Below, in pieces: positions 18,084 to 27,180 of a stretch of 53,042 nucleotides of DNA (within the stretch, counting starts at the first letter, position 1; every line of letters begins with the position of its first letter). The DNA lies in contig JAGBXS010000028.1 of assembly GCA_017629175.1 (NCBI GenBank), positions 1-53,042 of the forward strand. Reading direction: 5' to 3'. Below the pieces are notes generated by a model. It was not told the origin of the DNA. It saw only the letters and a program-made list of their open reading frames with translations, and made no database searches. The position numbers were made by a program, and so were the translations under genes. This DNA is from Clostridia bacterium. Lineage in GTDB: Bacteria > Bacillota > Clostridia > Oscillospirales > CAG-382.

Positions 18084-19469
18084 TCAGAAAATGTAATACA
18101 AAAACGGTGAGAAGGTATCGTTCACCATGTAAGCGATACTTAAAAGCAAAAGCAATGCGATAACAAACGGCGAAATAGCTTCAACAGCAGAATAACGCTC
18201 ACGCAAGGACTGTATCCATCGTTTGGGATAGGGCGTGCAGGCAATGATACCGAGAATCAAAAACGGCAACCAGCGAAGCAACGCGTAAAGAACGCCTGTA
18301 TTTCCCCATGCGGCACCGATACCAACCATATGCAAAGCGGAGTCGGCAATCGCCCCGATATCGCTATGAAAGAAGATGGTCCAGCCAAAACCGATCACAA
18401 GCAACGAATAGATATGGGCAAATATCTTGCACTTGTCAAGAAATCTTCTTAAAAACGCTTTTTCCAAAATCAAGAAGACACAGAAATAAACGCCCCAAAG
18501 AATGTAGTTCCAATCAGCGCCGTGCCAAAATCCCGTAAGAAACCAAACAACGGCAAGATTGAAAAAGCCGCGCAATTTCCCCACTCGATTACCGCCCAAA
18601 GGAATATAAATGTAATCACGGAACCAAGTGGAAAGCGTTATGTGCCATCTGCGCCAAAAATCCGTTATACTGCGGGCAATATACGGATAGTTGAAATTCT
18701 CCGCAAATTCAAAGCCAATCATTCTGCCAAGACCGATGGCCATATCGGAATATCCCGAAAAATCGAAGTAAATGTGAAGCGTGTACGCGATCATGATCAG
18801 CCAAGTACCGAGAACCGTCGGCTGGAACCCGTTAGCTGCCTCAAGGCTCTCTGCCAAGGCAGCGGCGGAATCTCCCAAAACAATCTTTTTTGAAAGACCC
18901 ATCACGAAACGGCTGACCCCCGATGCAAACATAGAAACCGTTTCCTTGCGGGATTGCAGCTGCCGATATACGTCGCGGTACATTACGATAGGACCTGCAA
19001 TCAACTGAGGGAACAGTGTAACGTAGGTACCGAAGGGAACAAACTTTTGGGCGCAAGGAACGGCACCACGGTACAGATCGATGGAATAGGACATGATCTG
19101 AAAGGTATAGAAGGAAATTCCTACGGGCAAGGTCAAATTGTCGATTCCCGCAAAGCCTAAATTATGGGCAAAGAAATTGAAATACTTAAAAAATAACAGA
19201 AACGACAGATTTACGCAAAGAGACAGGATCAAGAACAGCTTTGCGCGCTTGCGATCAACGTCTCTGTATTTTTCAATCAGGAAACCAAAACCGTACGCCG
19301 CGGCAATGGAAATCAGCATCAGGAGAATATACTTCGGTTCACCCCAGCCGTAAAAAGCCAACGATACGATAAACAAAACAAGGTTGCGAAGCTTGAGCGG
19401 CGATATGTAATACACGATAAGAGTGATTGCCAAATATGCAAAAATGAATATCAAGGAAGAGAAAACCAT
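18084..19469 (-). CDS. MBOAT family O-acyltransferase (AlgI/PatA-like)
   Basis: MVFSS start, LPVGISFYTFQ, FPQLIAGPI, YFDFSGYSDMAIG, FWRRWHITL and TGFWHGA motifs. Confidence 0.95.
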   Translation of the reverse strand: MVFSSLIFIFAYLAITLIVYYISPLKLRNLVLFIVSLAFYGWGEPKYILLMLISIAAAYGFGFLIEKYRDVDRKRAKLFLILSLCVNLSFLLFFKYFNFFAHNLGFAGIDNLTLPVGISFYTFQIMSYSIDLYRGAVPCAQKFVPFGTYVTLFPQLIAGPIVMYRDVYRQLQSRKETVSMFASGVSRFVMGLSKKIVLGDSAAALAESLEAANGFQPTVLGTWLIMIAYTLHIYFDFSGYSDMAIGLGRMIGFEFAENFNYPYIARSITDFWRRWHITLSTWFRDYIYIPLGGNRVGKLRGFFNLAVVWFLTGFWHGADWNYILWGVYFCVFLILEKAFLRRFLDKCKIFAHIYSLLVIGFGWTIFFHSDIGAIADSALHMVGIGAAWGNTGVLYALLRWLPFLILGIIACTPYPKRWIQSLRERYSAVEAISPFVIALLLLLSIAYMVNDTFSPFLYYIF

Positions 19470-19582
19470 ATGTTCCTCCGATAACATAAGATCATAGGGA
19501 AAATATACCACATTTTTTCTAAAAAGAAAAGAGCTTTTTGAAAATTTAATTTGTAAAATATCATTAACACGACAGAAGAGTC

Positions 19583-19611
19583 TTGACACACGAAGAGATT
19601 TAAGGTAAAAT
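19583..19611 (+). promoter_or_regulatory. SigmaA promoter
   Basis: TTGACA-N17-TAAAAT. Confidence 0.7.
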
Positions 19612-19638
19612 CAGTAAAAAGGATTGAAAGGATTTTAT

Positions 19639-20157
19639 ATGAAAAAGACTTTTTCTGCTGTTTTGGCGATGCTTCTTCTGGTAGCCTGCCTCTCCTCTTG
19701 CCAAAAAGACCCCGTTGTTCTCGATCTGCAAGCAGAGGCGAATTCTATTTTGTCAACCTATCAGCTGGAGGGCGGCAATCTCTATACCTCTACTTCTACT
19801 GTTTTGGGTGAATATTTGGATGAGGATCTGATCCGCAGTTACTACGGAGATTTGACCTCCATGCCGGATTTCGGTTCGGTAGAATCCTACGTGGTTTACA
19901 TTGATGAGAGCAAACCTATTCTCCCCTGCGAATTCGGGCTCTTTAAGATGAAGGAGGGCGCCGATGCACAGGCCTTCATTGCATATTTGCAGGCTCGTAT
20001 CGATCTTAAGATCCAAAACGCCAAGGCATATCCCTCTATGGACACCAGCATGCTGGTTAGTGCAAAATTCGTGGAAAAAGACGGTTACGTTTGGTATTGC
20101 GCTGTAAAGGATGCCAACGATCAAATCAATTCCGCATTGGAAGCGAAATTCAATTAA
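19639..20157 (+). CDS. DUF4358-like lipoprotein
   Basis: Lipobox LSSC; E-x-G-L-F-K...L-x-x-R-I...Y pattern; this family is typically found beside MBOAT/DHHW genes. Confidence 0.7.
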   Translation: MKKTFSAVLAMLLLVACLSSCQKDPVVLDLQAEANSILSTYQLEGGNLYTSTSTVLGEYLDEDLIRSYYGDLTSMPDFGSVESYVVYIDESKPILPCEFGLFKMKEGADAQAFIAYLQARIDLKIQNAKAYPSMDTSMLVSAKFVEKDGYVWYCAVKDANDQINSALEAKFN

Positions 20158-20159
20158 AT

Positions 20160-20195
20160 CTCAAAAAGATCGGAAAATTCCGATCTTTTTTTGAG
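20160..20195. terminator. Bidirectional terminator
   Basis: AAAAAGATCGGAA / TTCCGATCTTTTT. Confidence 0.8.
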
Positions 20196-20202
20196 TTGGT
20201 TT

Positions 20203-21534
20203 TTACTTAATGAACGCTGTACCGTCGTCGTTGTAGATAATCCGCTCCCCGCTTGAGGTGAGAGAATCCACGTAAGCGAAATACGCCTCCTTGGAATCAA
20301 ACAGCGGACGGTATTCCGCCACTATCTTCTTTGCCCGCTCGGCACCGTTCCCCAGCAGGGTGTTAATGATAGAAAGCTGCCACTTGGCATTTTTGACGCA
20401 GGCGGCTTCGGGGTCTGCCACCGCATAATCACTTCCGTGGCTGGTACCTTCTGCACCCGGAGCGTAGGGATGGATCACGGGCATGATGCAGCAGAGGTCA
20501 CCCATATCGGTACTGCCGGTGCTTCTGGTTTGGGTAACGGTAAACTCCTCCTCGGGGAAAAGAGTCTCGTAGGCTTCCTTTGCCGCATAAAGCATATCGG
20601 TGTTATTGTTCAAGGGAGAGTAACCCGCACGATCAATGATCTCAATGTTGGCACCGATGGAATAGGCCGCGCCGATCAAGGCACGGTTCACCTTTTTGTT
20701 GGCATCCTCCATGGCCGCAAAGGAAACACCGCGGATATAGCTTTCCATGGTGACCATGTCGGGAATGGCGTTTACCATGCTGCCTCCGTTGGTGATGATG
20801 GGATGCACGCGGATAAGATCCTCCTCCTTGAAGGTCTCGCGGAGGGCGTTCACCGCTTGCAGACCGCAGGTGGCGGCATAGAGGGCGTTCTTGCCGTTCC
20901 AGGGGCTGGAGCCCGCGTGGGCGGCTACACCTTTGTAGAGGATGCGTTTGACGATACAGCCGACAGAACCTATCCCTGCCGTAAAAGAACGGCTGGTATG
21001 CACCATAAAGGCAAGGTCAACACCGTCAAAATAGCCTCTGTGCAAGAACTCCGACTTGCCACAGAAATATTTGATCTTTCCCTCGTCCTTCAGCTTGGAG
21101 CGATATTCTATCTCCAAAAGCTCCTCGGCGGGAACGGCACAAAGTCGAATGGCTCCGCAAAGTCCATCCAGCATTCCTCTCTCCTTCAGCGCGGCGGCAA
21201 CCCCTAAGAAGGCGGCACACTGGGCGTTGTGTCCGCAAGAATGAACCGCACCTGTGGCAGGATCTGAATTCTTGTGGGAAGCGCAGAGAATGGAATCCAG
21301 CTCCGCAAGGATCAACAGCTCCGGGCCTTCCCTGCCGGTGTCCAGTCTGGCATAAAATCCGGTGATACCGTCTGCCTTGACGATATCATACCCAAGCTCA
21401 CGAAACTTTTCTTCCATGTACCCGGAGGTTTTGAACTCCTTGTATCCCGTCTCAGGAGTCGTCCAAATATGGCGCTCCGCATTCAAAATCAAGTCTCTGT
21501 ATTTTTCTACCGCGGCAACGATTTTCTCTGTCAT
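20203..21534 (-). CDS. M20 family amidohydrolase
   Basis: PETGYKEF, AELD, HSCGHNAQ, PAEE, AAHAG and GSTDMGD motifs; GGAGG RBS before ATG 21534. Confidence 0.92.
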   Translation of the reverse strand: MTEKIVAAVEKYRDLILNAERHIWTTPETGYKEFKTSGYMEEKFRELGYDIVKADGITGFYARLDTGREGPELLILAELDSILCASHKNSDPATGAVHSCGHNAQCAAFLGVAAALKERGMLDGLCGAIRLCAVPAEELLEIEYRSKLKDEGKIKYFCGKSEFLHRGYFDGVDLAFMVHTSRSFTAGIGSVGCIVKRILYKGVAAHAGSSPWNGKNALYAATCGLQAVNALRETFKEEDLIRVHPIITNGGSMVNAIPDMVTMESYIRGVSFAAMEDANKKVNRALIGAAYSIGANIEIIDRAGYSPLNNNTDMLYAAKEAYETLFPEEEFTVTQTRSTGSTDMGDLCCIMPVIHPYAPGAEGTSHGSDYAVADPEAACVKNAKWQLSIINTLLGNGAERAKKIVAEYRPLFDSKEAYFAYVDSLTSSGERIIYNDDGTAFIK

Positions 21535-21689
21535 GGCGGATCCTCCCATCAGTCATCTTTACTGGCCTATGATAACACAGTTATCGAAGAAAATCAACCG
21601 GATTTCTATGTTTTGAAAAACAGATTGAAAATATCTTACGGAAAACAAACAAAAAAGTCTTGCAAACACTAAGGTTACAAGACTTTATG

Positions 21690-21766
<77 letters not shown>

Positions 21767-21797
21767 ATATTGCTTGGCATTTCCGCCAACGCTGAAT

Positions 21798-21826
21798 ATA
21801 ATACCATGTTTTGGCGCAAATGTCAA
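21798..21826 (-). promoter_or_regulatory. SigmaA promoter of tRNA-Arg
   Basis: TTGACA-N17-TATTAT. Confidence 0.7.
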
Positions 21827-21892
21827 TAGCAAAACAGACAAAAAATGTACATTTTTTTCGAAAACTTGGAACGCTTTTTGGTCACTATGTTC

Positions 21893-22540
21893 TTATTCCA
21901 AAACTACCCATTTATCCTGCACGGCATTGAGATACAACTCACCCTGATAAGAATACAAATGATAATACTGGGTTGTGGATTGGTTGCTGGCGACATCGTT
22001 TCGGAAGGTTCCGTTATTACGGTATATCTTATATTTTACCTCAAAAAAATACACGTTGACAGTTTCCCCTTGATATTCCGCAGAACCGCCGGACTGTACC
22101 TGATCAACTTCGATATCGTAGATCATCTGCATGGTGAACCGATCGGGAACATCCTCGCTTTCCAAAAACGATTCAGTGAGCATTTGATGATACGCGTTAT
22201 AATCGCCTCGAATAACGTTATCAAAATAATGATAAAAGAATTCCGCACACTCTCCGTAATCCAAATAATTCTCCTCAGTAAGCTGCTCCCCCGATCCGTA
22301 CTGCTTAAAGTAAACTGCACGGTTCATGCTCATATATGCGGGATCCTCGAAAATATTCTCACTGTAATCTGCAGAGAAAAACGCCTCGGGAGGCAATGCG
22401 GGCGTAAGATCCTCTTCCTCCAACAGCATGGAAACCAAAACCAAAGCCCCGACCAGAAGACAGAGTGCCAGCAGAACAATGCCGGATATGACCAAGATTC
22501 GCTTGACGATTCTTTTTTCATTTTCTTTGTTTGCAGACAT
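21893..22540 (-). CDS. Hypothetical protein with a single N-terminal TM anchor
   Basis: AAGGAG RBS; basic N-terminus, hydrophobic helix, acidic extracellular domain. Confidence 0.8.
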   Translation of the reverse strand: MSANKENEKRIVKRILVISGIVLLALCLLVGALVLVSMLLEEEDLTPALPPEAFFSADYSENIFEDPAYMSMNRAVYFKQYGSGEQLTEENYLDYGECAEFFYHYFDNVIRGDYNAYHQMLTESFLESEDVPDRFTMQMIYDIEVDQVQSGGSAEYQGETVNVYFFEVKYKIYRNNGTFRNDVASNQSTTQYYHLYSYQGELYLNAVQDKWVVLE

Positions 22541-22563
22541 TATCGTTCTCCTTTTGGTGGGTT

Positions 22564-22594
22564 AAAAGAGGGTTATCGTAAGACAACCCTCTTT
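22564..22594 (-). terminator. Terminator after the sugar isomerase gene
   Basis: AAAGAGGGTT / AACCCTCTTT stem with T run on the minus strand. Confidence 0.7.
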
Positions 22595-22608
22595 CAGTTT
22601 GCTTCGAT

Positions 22609-23472
22609 TTAAGCGTTAATAAAGCGGCGGAGGTTGTCCACGCCGATACGAATACCCTTCAGAGGATCTTCCATACCCTCGAACTCAATCATCAAGTACT
22701 CGTCGTAGCCGGCACGTCTCAGTGCTGCGATGCACTGCTGAACGGGAACGTCACCATGACCGATGATGGAGCCGCGCAGATAGTTGCAAGCGCGGGAGTT
22801 AAACCAGCCTTCACCGGGGTTAACACCGGTACCGGGCTTCTTGTGGAAGTCCTTAGCGTGTGCATGGATCGCGTAAGGTGCAGTAAGGCCAACTGCATAA
22901 GCATGGTCAACGTCTGCACAAGCAAAGTTGCCGATATCTACCAATGCGCCGAAGTTATCGTTGCCAACAGCGTTGATCAACTTCTCGATACGATCGGGAT
23001 CCTGCGCAAAGAAGCCGTGGTTCTCGATACAGGTCTTGACACCAACGGTCTTTGCGTACTCGGTTACAGCGCGGTATGCCTTGGTCAGAATAGGCAAAAC
23101 GACATCAAAGCTTCTGCCGGTCTTCACGGAAGCGGGATAACCGGGAGTAGCATCGTGACGCATGCACTTTGCACCGAGAGCAGCCGCGATGTCTACGAGC
23201 TTCTTAACGCGCTCGATCTCTTCGTCAAGATCGCGGTTCAGGAAGTCAGCACCAACGCAGAAGCAAACTGCCTCGATACCAACCTGCTTGCAGTAATCAC
23301 CGTACTCCTTTGCGAGTGCAAGATATTCCTCGTGAGTAAGGCCGTTGCCAAACTCTACGAAGTCTACGCCTTCGCAGCCAAACTCTTTTGCTTTATCGAT
23401 ACAGCCCTTGATGCCCAAAGAATCCGCAGAGGAATAGCCATGGAAGCTGTACAAGCTAACACCAATTTTCAT
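22609..23472 (-). CDS. Sugar phosphate isomerase/epimerase (xylose isomerase-like TIM barrel)
   Basis: IENHG, VDIGNF, HAHAKD, IGHGDVP and IEFEG metal-binding motifs. Confidence 0.9.
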   Translation of the reverse strand: MKIGVSLYSFHGYSSADSLGIKGCIDKAKEFGCEGVDFVEFGNGLTHEEYLALAKEYGDYCKQVGIEAVCFCVGADFLNRDLDEEIERVKKLVDIAAALGAKCMRHDATPGYPASVKTGRSFDVVLPILTKAYRAVTEYAKTVGVKTCIENHGFFAQDPDRIEKLINAVGNDNFGALVDIGNFACADVDHAYAVGLTAPYAIHAHAKDFHKKPGTGVNPGEGWFNSRACNYLRGSIIGHGDVPVQQCIAALRRAGYDEYLMIEFEGMEDPLKGIRIGVDNLRRFINA

Positions 23473-23532
23473 AGGTTTGTTTTCTCCAATTATAAATAAA
23501 TGTGAGAGTTGAAAAACTTCTGCGATAAGTCA

Positions 23533-23565
23533 TCGGAGGAAACGCCAAAGGGGCGCTTCCTCCGA
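23533..23565. other. Intergenic stem-loop (terminator or mRNA stabiliser)
   Basis: TCGGAGGAAACGCC / GGCGCTTCCTCCGA; no clear U-tract in the direction of transcription. Confidence 0.55.
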
Positions 23566-23578
23566 AAAAGACAATTGA

Positions 23579-24922
23579 TTAAGCGAGGGTGATGGTGGGG
23601 ATCTTGGACCAGTCGTTCAGACCGATGATACCGCCGCCGTCACGGAAGTAAATGTTCTTGAAGTTGTTGCCGTCGCCGGAGTTGATGGAAACGGAGAAGC
23701 CAAATACGGTACCAGCGGTGCCGGAGATGGTCTCGCCCTCTGCGCCGCAATCAGCGAAGGGGATCTTTGCCTCGTAGATGGTGAGCTGGTTTTCAGCATC
23801 GCGAACACACTTAGTCTCGGAGTTCTCCTGAGCTGCGTTGCCCATCCACAGACACTTAATGGTGTCGCCGCTCTCGTTTACGCAGAAGCCGTACTGACGA
23901 ACTACGTTAGACTGAGCAGCCACGCCGTTAACAACGTTATCCCAGTTAGCATAGATGTACTCGCCGGTGGGATCGGCAGAGGTAACGTTCACCTGGATGC
24001 ACTCGCTGTTGTACATAGAAGAAGCGTTAGCGGAAGTGATCTTGTTGATGTGGTAGGGAGAGTTAACAACAACGCCAACATAGAGGTATTCTTCGTCATA
24101 TGCGAGGTAAACCTCTGCGGTGGAATAGTAGTTGCCATCAGTGAACTGCTCGTAGCTTACCAACTCGTTGGACTGCTCGATAACCCAGATAGCATCGCCG
24201 TACTCGTCAGCGGAAACGTTACCGTCAACGGTGATGGTGCCCTCGTAGATCTCAGCGTTGATATCGTTGGTAGCGCGGAAGCCGTGGGGATAGAAGATGT
24301 CCTTGGAGAAGTCGGTAGCCTTGATACCGTTGAGCTCCTTCTCAAAGTGCTTGTGGATAGCAAGAACATAGCCGTCAGCGGGGATCTCAACAGCGTCCTT
24401 GTCAGCTGCTTCCAGATCGTAGGAAGCGGTTACCTTGTAGCTGTAGGTAGCGTGATCGTACTCCATTACGAAAACTTCGTAATCCTCGTAAGTGCCTTCA
24501 GCGCTCTCGATGGTGGACTCCGCGTAATCGGAGTTGAACGCTACGATAGAAGCAACGCCGTCAACAACGCCGGTGTTCAGCGCGGTAAGGCGGATGGAGG
24601 TACCGTCGGTGCCTCTCAGACCAACCAGACCACCGTTACCGATGGAGCCCTTCCAGGAAACGTACTGGGTGATGTACTCAGCTACTTCATAATCCAGAAC
24701 GGGTTCTTCGGAAGATTCATCTTCGGAGGGCTCGGTAGAGGGCTCAGCCTCGGAGGATTCTTCAGCGGGAGTGGAGCTTTCAGCGGGAGCTTCAGAGGAA
24801 GCCTCGGTGGAAGCCTCAGTGGAGGTTGCGGGGGTGCTAGAGGTGTCGGTAGATTCTTCTGCACATGCAGCAAGGCAGAAAACCATAACAACAGCCAGAA
24901 GCAGAGTCATGAGTCTTTTCAT
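23579..24922 (-). CDS. Surface lipoprotein with S/T/E/P linker and C-terminal CBM9/DOMON-like sugar-binding domain
   Basis: Lipobox LAAC; ITVDGNVSADEY, YLAYDEEYLYVGV, YEAKIPF and FGFSVSIN motifs. Confidence 0.75.
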   Translation of the reverse strand: MKRLMTLLLAVVMVFCLAACAEESTDTSSTPATSTEASTEASSEAPAESSTPAEESSEAEPSTEPSEDESSEEPVLDYEVAEYITQYVSWKGSIGNGGLVGLRGTDGTSIRLTALNTGVVDGVASIVAFNSDYAESTIESAEGTYEDYEVFVMEYDHATYSYKVTASYDLEAADKDAVEIPADGYVLAIHKHFEKELNGIKATDFSKDIFYPHGFRATNDINAEIYEGTITVDGNVSADEYGDAIWVIEQSNELVSYEQFTDGNYYSTAEVYLAYDEEYLYVGVVVNSPYHINKITSANASSMYNSECIQVNVTSADPTGEYIYANWDNVVNGVAAQSNVVRQYGFCVNESGDTIKCLWMGNAAQENSETKCVRDAENQLTIYEAKIPFADCGAEGETISGTAGTVFGFSVSINSGDGNNFKNIYFRDGGGIIGLNDWSKIPTITLA

Positions 24923-24957
24923 GATGTTTGGGTCCTTTCTTGTGTAAAATTTTGTTT

Positions 24958-27168
24958 TTATTTTATATTTTTCTTTTTAAAAATGATAAGCAACACAACG
25001 CCAACAGCCAAAACGGCAACGGCGATCACAACAACGATCACGATCGGGAAGCCGGAAGCATCCTGGGGCTGCGGAGAAGAGGAGGTCTCGGGTGCGGAGG
25101 TCTCAGCCTCTTCACCAAAGGCTACGTTGGTAAAGCCCTTGACCGTTTCTCCGTCCAGCTTTGCCGTTACGTATCCCCAACCGTCGCCTAGATCGATATA
25201 AGTGATCTCAGTTCCCGCGGGAAATTCAACAGAGGACGCCGCTTGGTCGGGTCTTACGTAAACCTTAAGTGCATCTTCCAGCGTTTCGTTCAACTCGGGA
25301 AGCTCCTTGTCAATTACCAAGAACTCCAAGGTAGCTCTCTCGGATACGTTATAGCCATCGGACACGTTGAAGGAAACGGTGTATTTTCCGGGAGCGGTTC
25401 CCTTGGTATTTACCAAATAGAAACCCTCGCCCTCAAGAACATAATTCAAGCCTTCCGTTGCAACGGCATCAACAATGGACCAAGAGGTTCTGGTGGAATC
25501 CGTATCGGTAATGGTTACAAAATCACTGGAACGGGAATCCGTCTTGATTACGATCAATCTGTCTTCGGTTTCAACCACGGGTGCTTCGGAGGTAAAACGA
25601 TCCTTTGTATACAGATACAACAAATCGTATACGGTACGTTCATTGGAGCCGTTGAGCGACCCCGCACAGCGGAAAAGATCGTCAACGCCCTGATAGATCA
25701 TCATCATGCCGCCATCCATACAACCGGTGCTGTAACCGGTGTGCAGGTACTTATAAAAGCGATCTGCCGCCGCAGAAGCGCCGATGGAAAGCTCAAATTC
25801 CATGCCAAGGCCGTACTTCTTTGCCTGTGCCGCGGAATCCTCCACAGAACCGGGCAAAACGTCGCCGATCTCGGTGAGCGAGTCTCCGGATCTGGGGAAT
25901 GCATATCCGCTCTGCAGAGTTGCAGAGTCAAATCCAAGCTCAACAGCGGTCTCAAAGCCGGGTGCGCAATAGTACGGGATCCAAATGGACTTAAGTCCCT
26001 TGGAATGTACATACTGGTTGTACTGCTTGATCAGATCGGGCTCGTAATCGCAGGAGGCATAGTTAATGAGCTCAGACTGCCAATATACACCCTTGAACTC
26101 AAGGTTGTCAAACCCGCTCTCGGAGAAGGTCTTGATCAAGGTGTCGATATATCCCTTCAGGAAGGTCAAGCGGTTCTCCAAGGAATTGGAAACAACACCG
26201 CCAACAGTCCTATTTCCGTGCTCCAAGTAAGGAACGGAAAGGAAGACGGGATACTTGTAATCGTCTGCCAAGCCTAGCTCGCTGCGCATACTGCCAACCA
26301 GCTTGTTCAATGCCTCAAGGTTGTAATCCTTGCCAATACCGAACATATTCGCAGTATAGTCGTTCCATCCCTTATCGGTGGAAAAGTCAAAACCGGAAGC
26401 GCCGGAGGGCAGAAACAGCATAGACTCGAACATCATGTCCGTAGCATTGCCATCCTTATCAACGTATGCCAGGTAGGGCCTCAGTTTCTGCTGGGTATAA
26501 TTCCCCACGGTATACATCAGAACAATGTTCTCAATACCGTCGATACCTGCCGAGAAGCCTACCGGCTCAGTTTCTTTATCAGGGGTAGCTTCCTTTGCAC
26601 CGGAAGTACCCTTGTTACCGTACACGAAAATCTCGTCTGTATAAATGTAAACGTCGCAGGAAAAGGTAACACGAACGTAACGGGCGGCATACGCCTGATC
26701 CAAGGTAACGGTATGGGTGATAATAGCGGAAGACGCGGAAGTAACGGACTTGTCGTCGTAAACGGAGCCGACAGTGCCGAAATTCTCGCCGTCGGTAGAA
26801 ACCGCAACGTGAACGTAACGAGCGCATTGAATGCCCGCAGTCTTCATCTGAAGAGTACGAAGCTCAACAGAAGAAACTGCGCACGCCTCGCCCAGGTCAA
26901 TGGTTACAGAAGCGGAGGTTCCGCGATAAAGTTTGAGAAACGCGGTGTCGGAATAGCTTGCGCGAGTGGCAAGCTTCCCGTCTGTAAGTGCGCTCTCCTG
27001 CTTGTAAGCGCGATTAGGATATGCGTTATCGATTTTGCTGTCGTATTCCACAGTGTAGGACTTCCCTGCTGCCAGATTGGTGCCTGCGGCAACGCCGGAA
27101 ACAGCGAAAGCGGAAAGCAAGAAAGATACAAGAAGAATGCTGCTGAGAATTCTTTTGATAATGTGCAT
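24958..27168 (-). CDS. DUF4855 domain protein (putative glycoside hydrolase) with N-terminal discoidin/F5-8-like module and C-terminal TM anchor
   Basis: Signal peptide; NLAAGKSY, LTDG, IDLG and ARYVRV; MFESMLF, GVYW, WIPYY..PGF....LGFD, GMEFE; C-terminal TM plus KKK. Confidence 0.78.
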   Translation of the reverse strand: MHIIKRILSSILLVSFLLSAFAVSGVAAGTNLAAGKSYTVEYDSKIDNAYPNRAYKQESALTDGKLATRASYSDTAFLKLYRGTSASVTIDLGEACAVSSVELRTLQMKTAGIQCARYVHVAVSTDGENFGTVGSVYDDKSVTSASSAIITHTVTLDQAYAARYVRVTFSCDVYIYTDEIFVYGNKGTSGAKEATPDKETEPVGFSAGIDGIENIVLMYTVGNYTQQKLRPYLAYVDKDGNATDMMFESMLFLPSGASGFDFSTDKGWNDYTANMFGIGKDYNLEALNKLVGSMRSELGLADDYKYPVFLSVPYLEHGNRTVGGVVSNSLENRLTFLKGYIDTLIKTFSESGFDNLEFKGVYWQSELINYASCDYEPDLIKQYNQYVHSKGLKSIWIPYYCAPGFETAVELGFDSATLQSGYAFPRSGDSLTEIGDVLPGSVEDSAAQAKKYGLGMEFELSIGASAAADRFYKYLHTGYSTGCMDGGMMMIYQGVDDLFRCAGSLNGSNERTVYDLLYLYTKDRFTSEAPVVETEDRLIVIKTDSRSSDFVTITDTDSTRTSWSIVDAVATEGLNYVLEGEGFYLVNTKGTAPGKYTVSFNVSDGYNVSERATLEFLVIDKELPELNETLEDALKVYVRPDQAASSVEFPAGTEITYIDLGDGWGYVTAKLDGETVKGFTNVAFGEEAETSAPETSSSPQPQDASGFPIVIVVVIAVAVLAVGVVLLIIFKKKNIK

Positions 27169-27180
27169 TACCCACCAGCC

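Noticed and set aside
24700-24860. Short imperfect tandem repeats (also 16715-16750)
   Set aside because: They encode low-complexity S/E/T/A/P lipoprotein linkers; no constant repeat-spacer structure, so not CRISPR or a VNTR element
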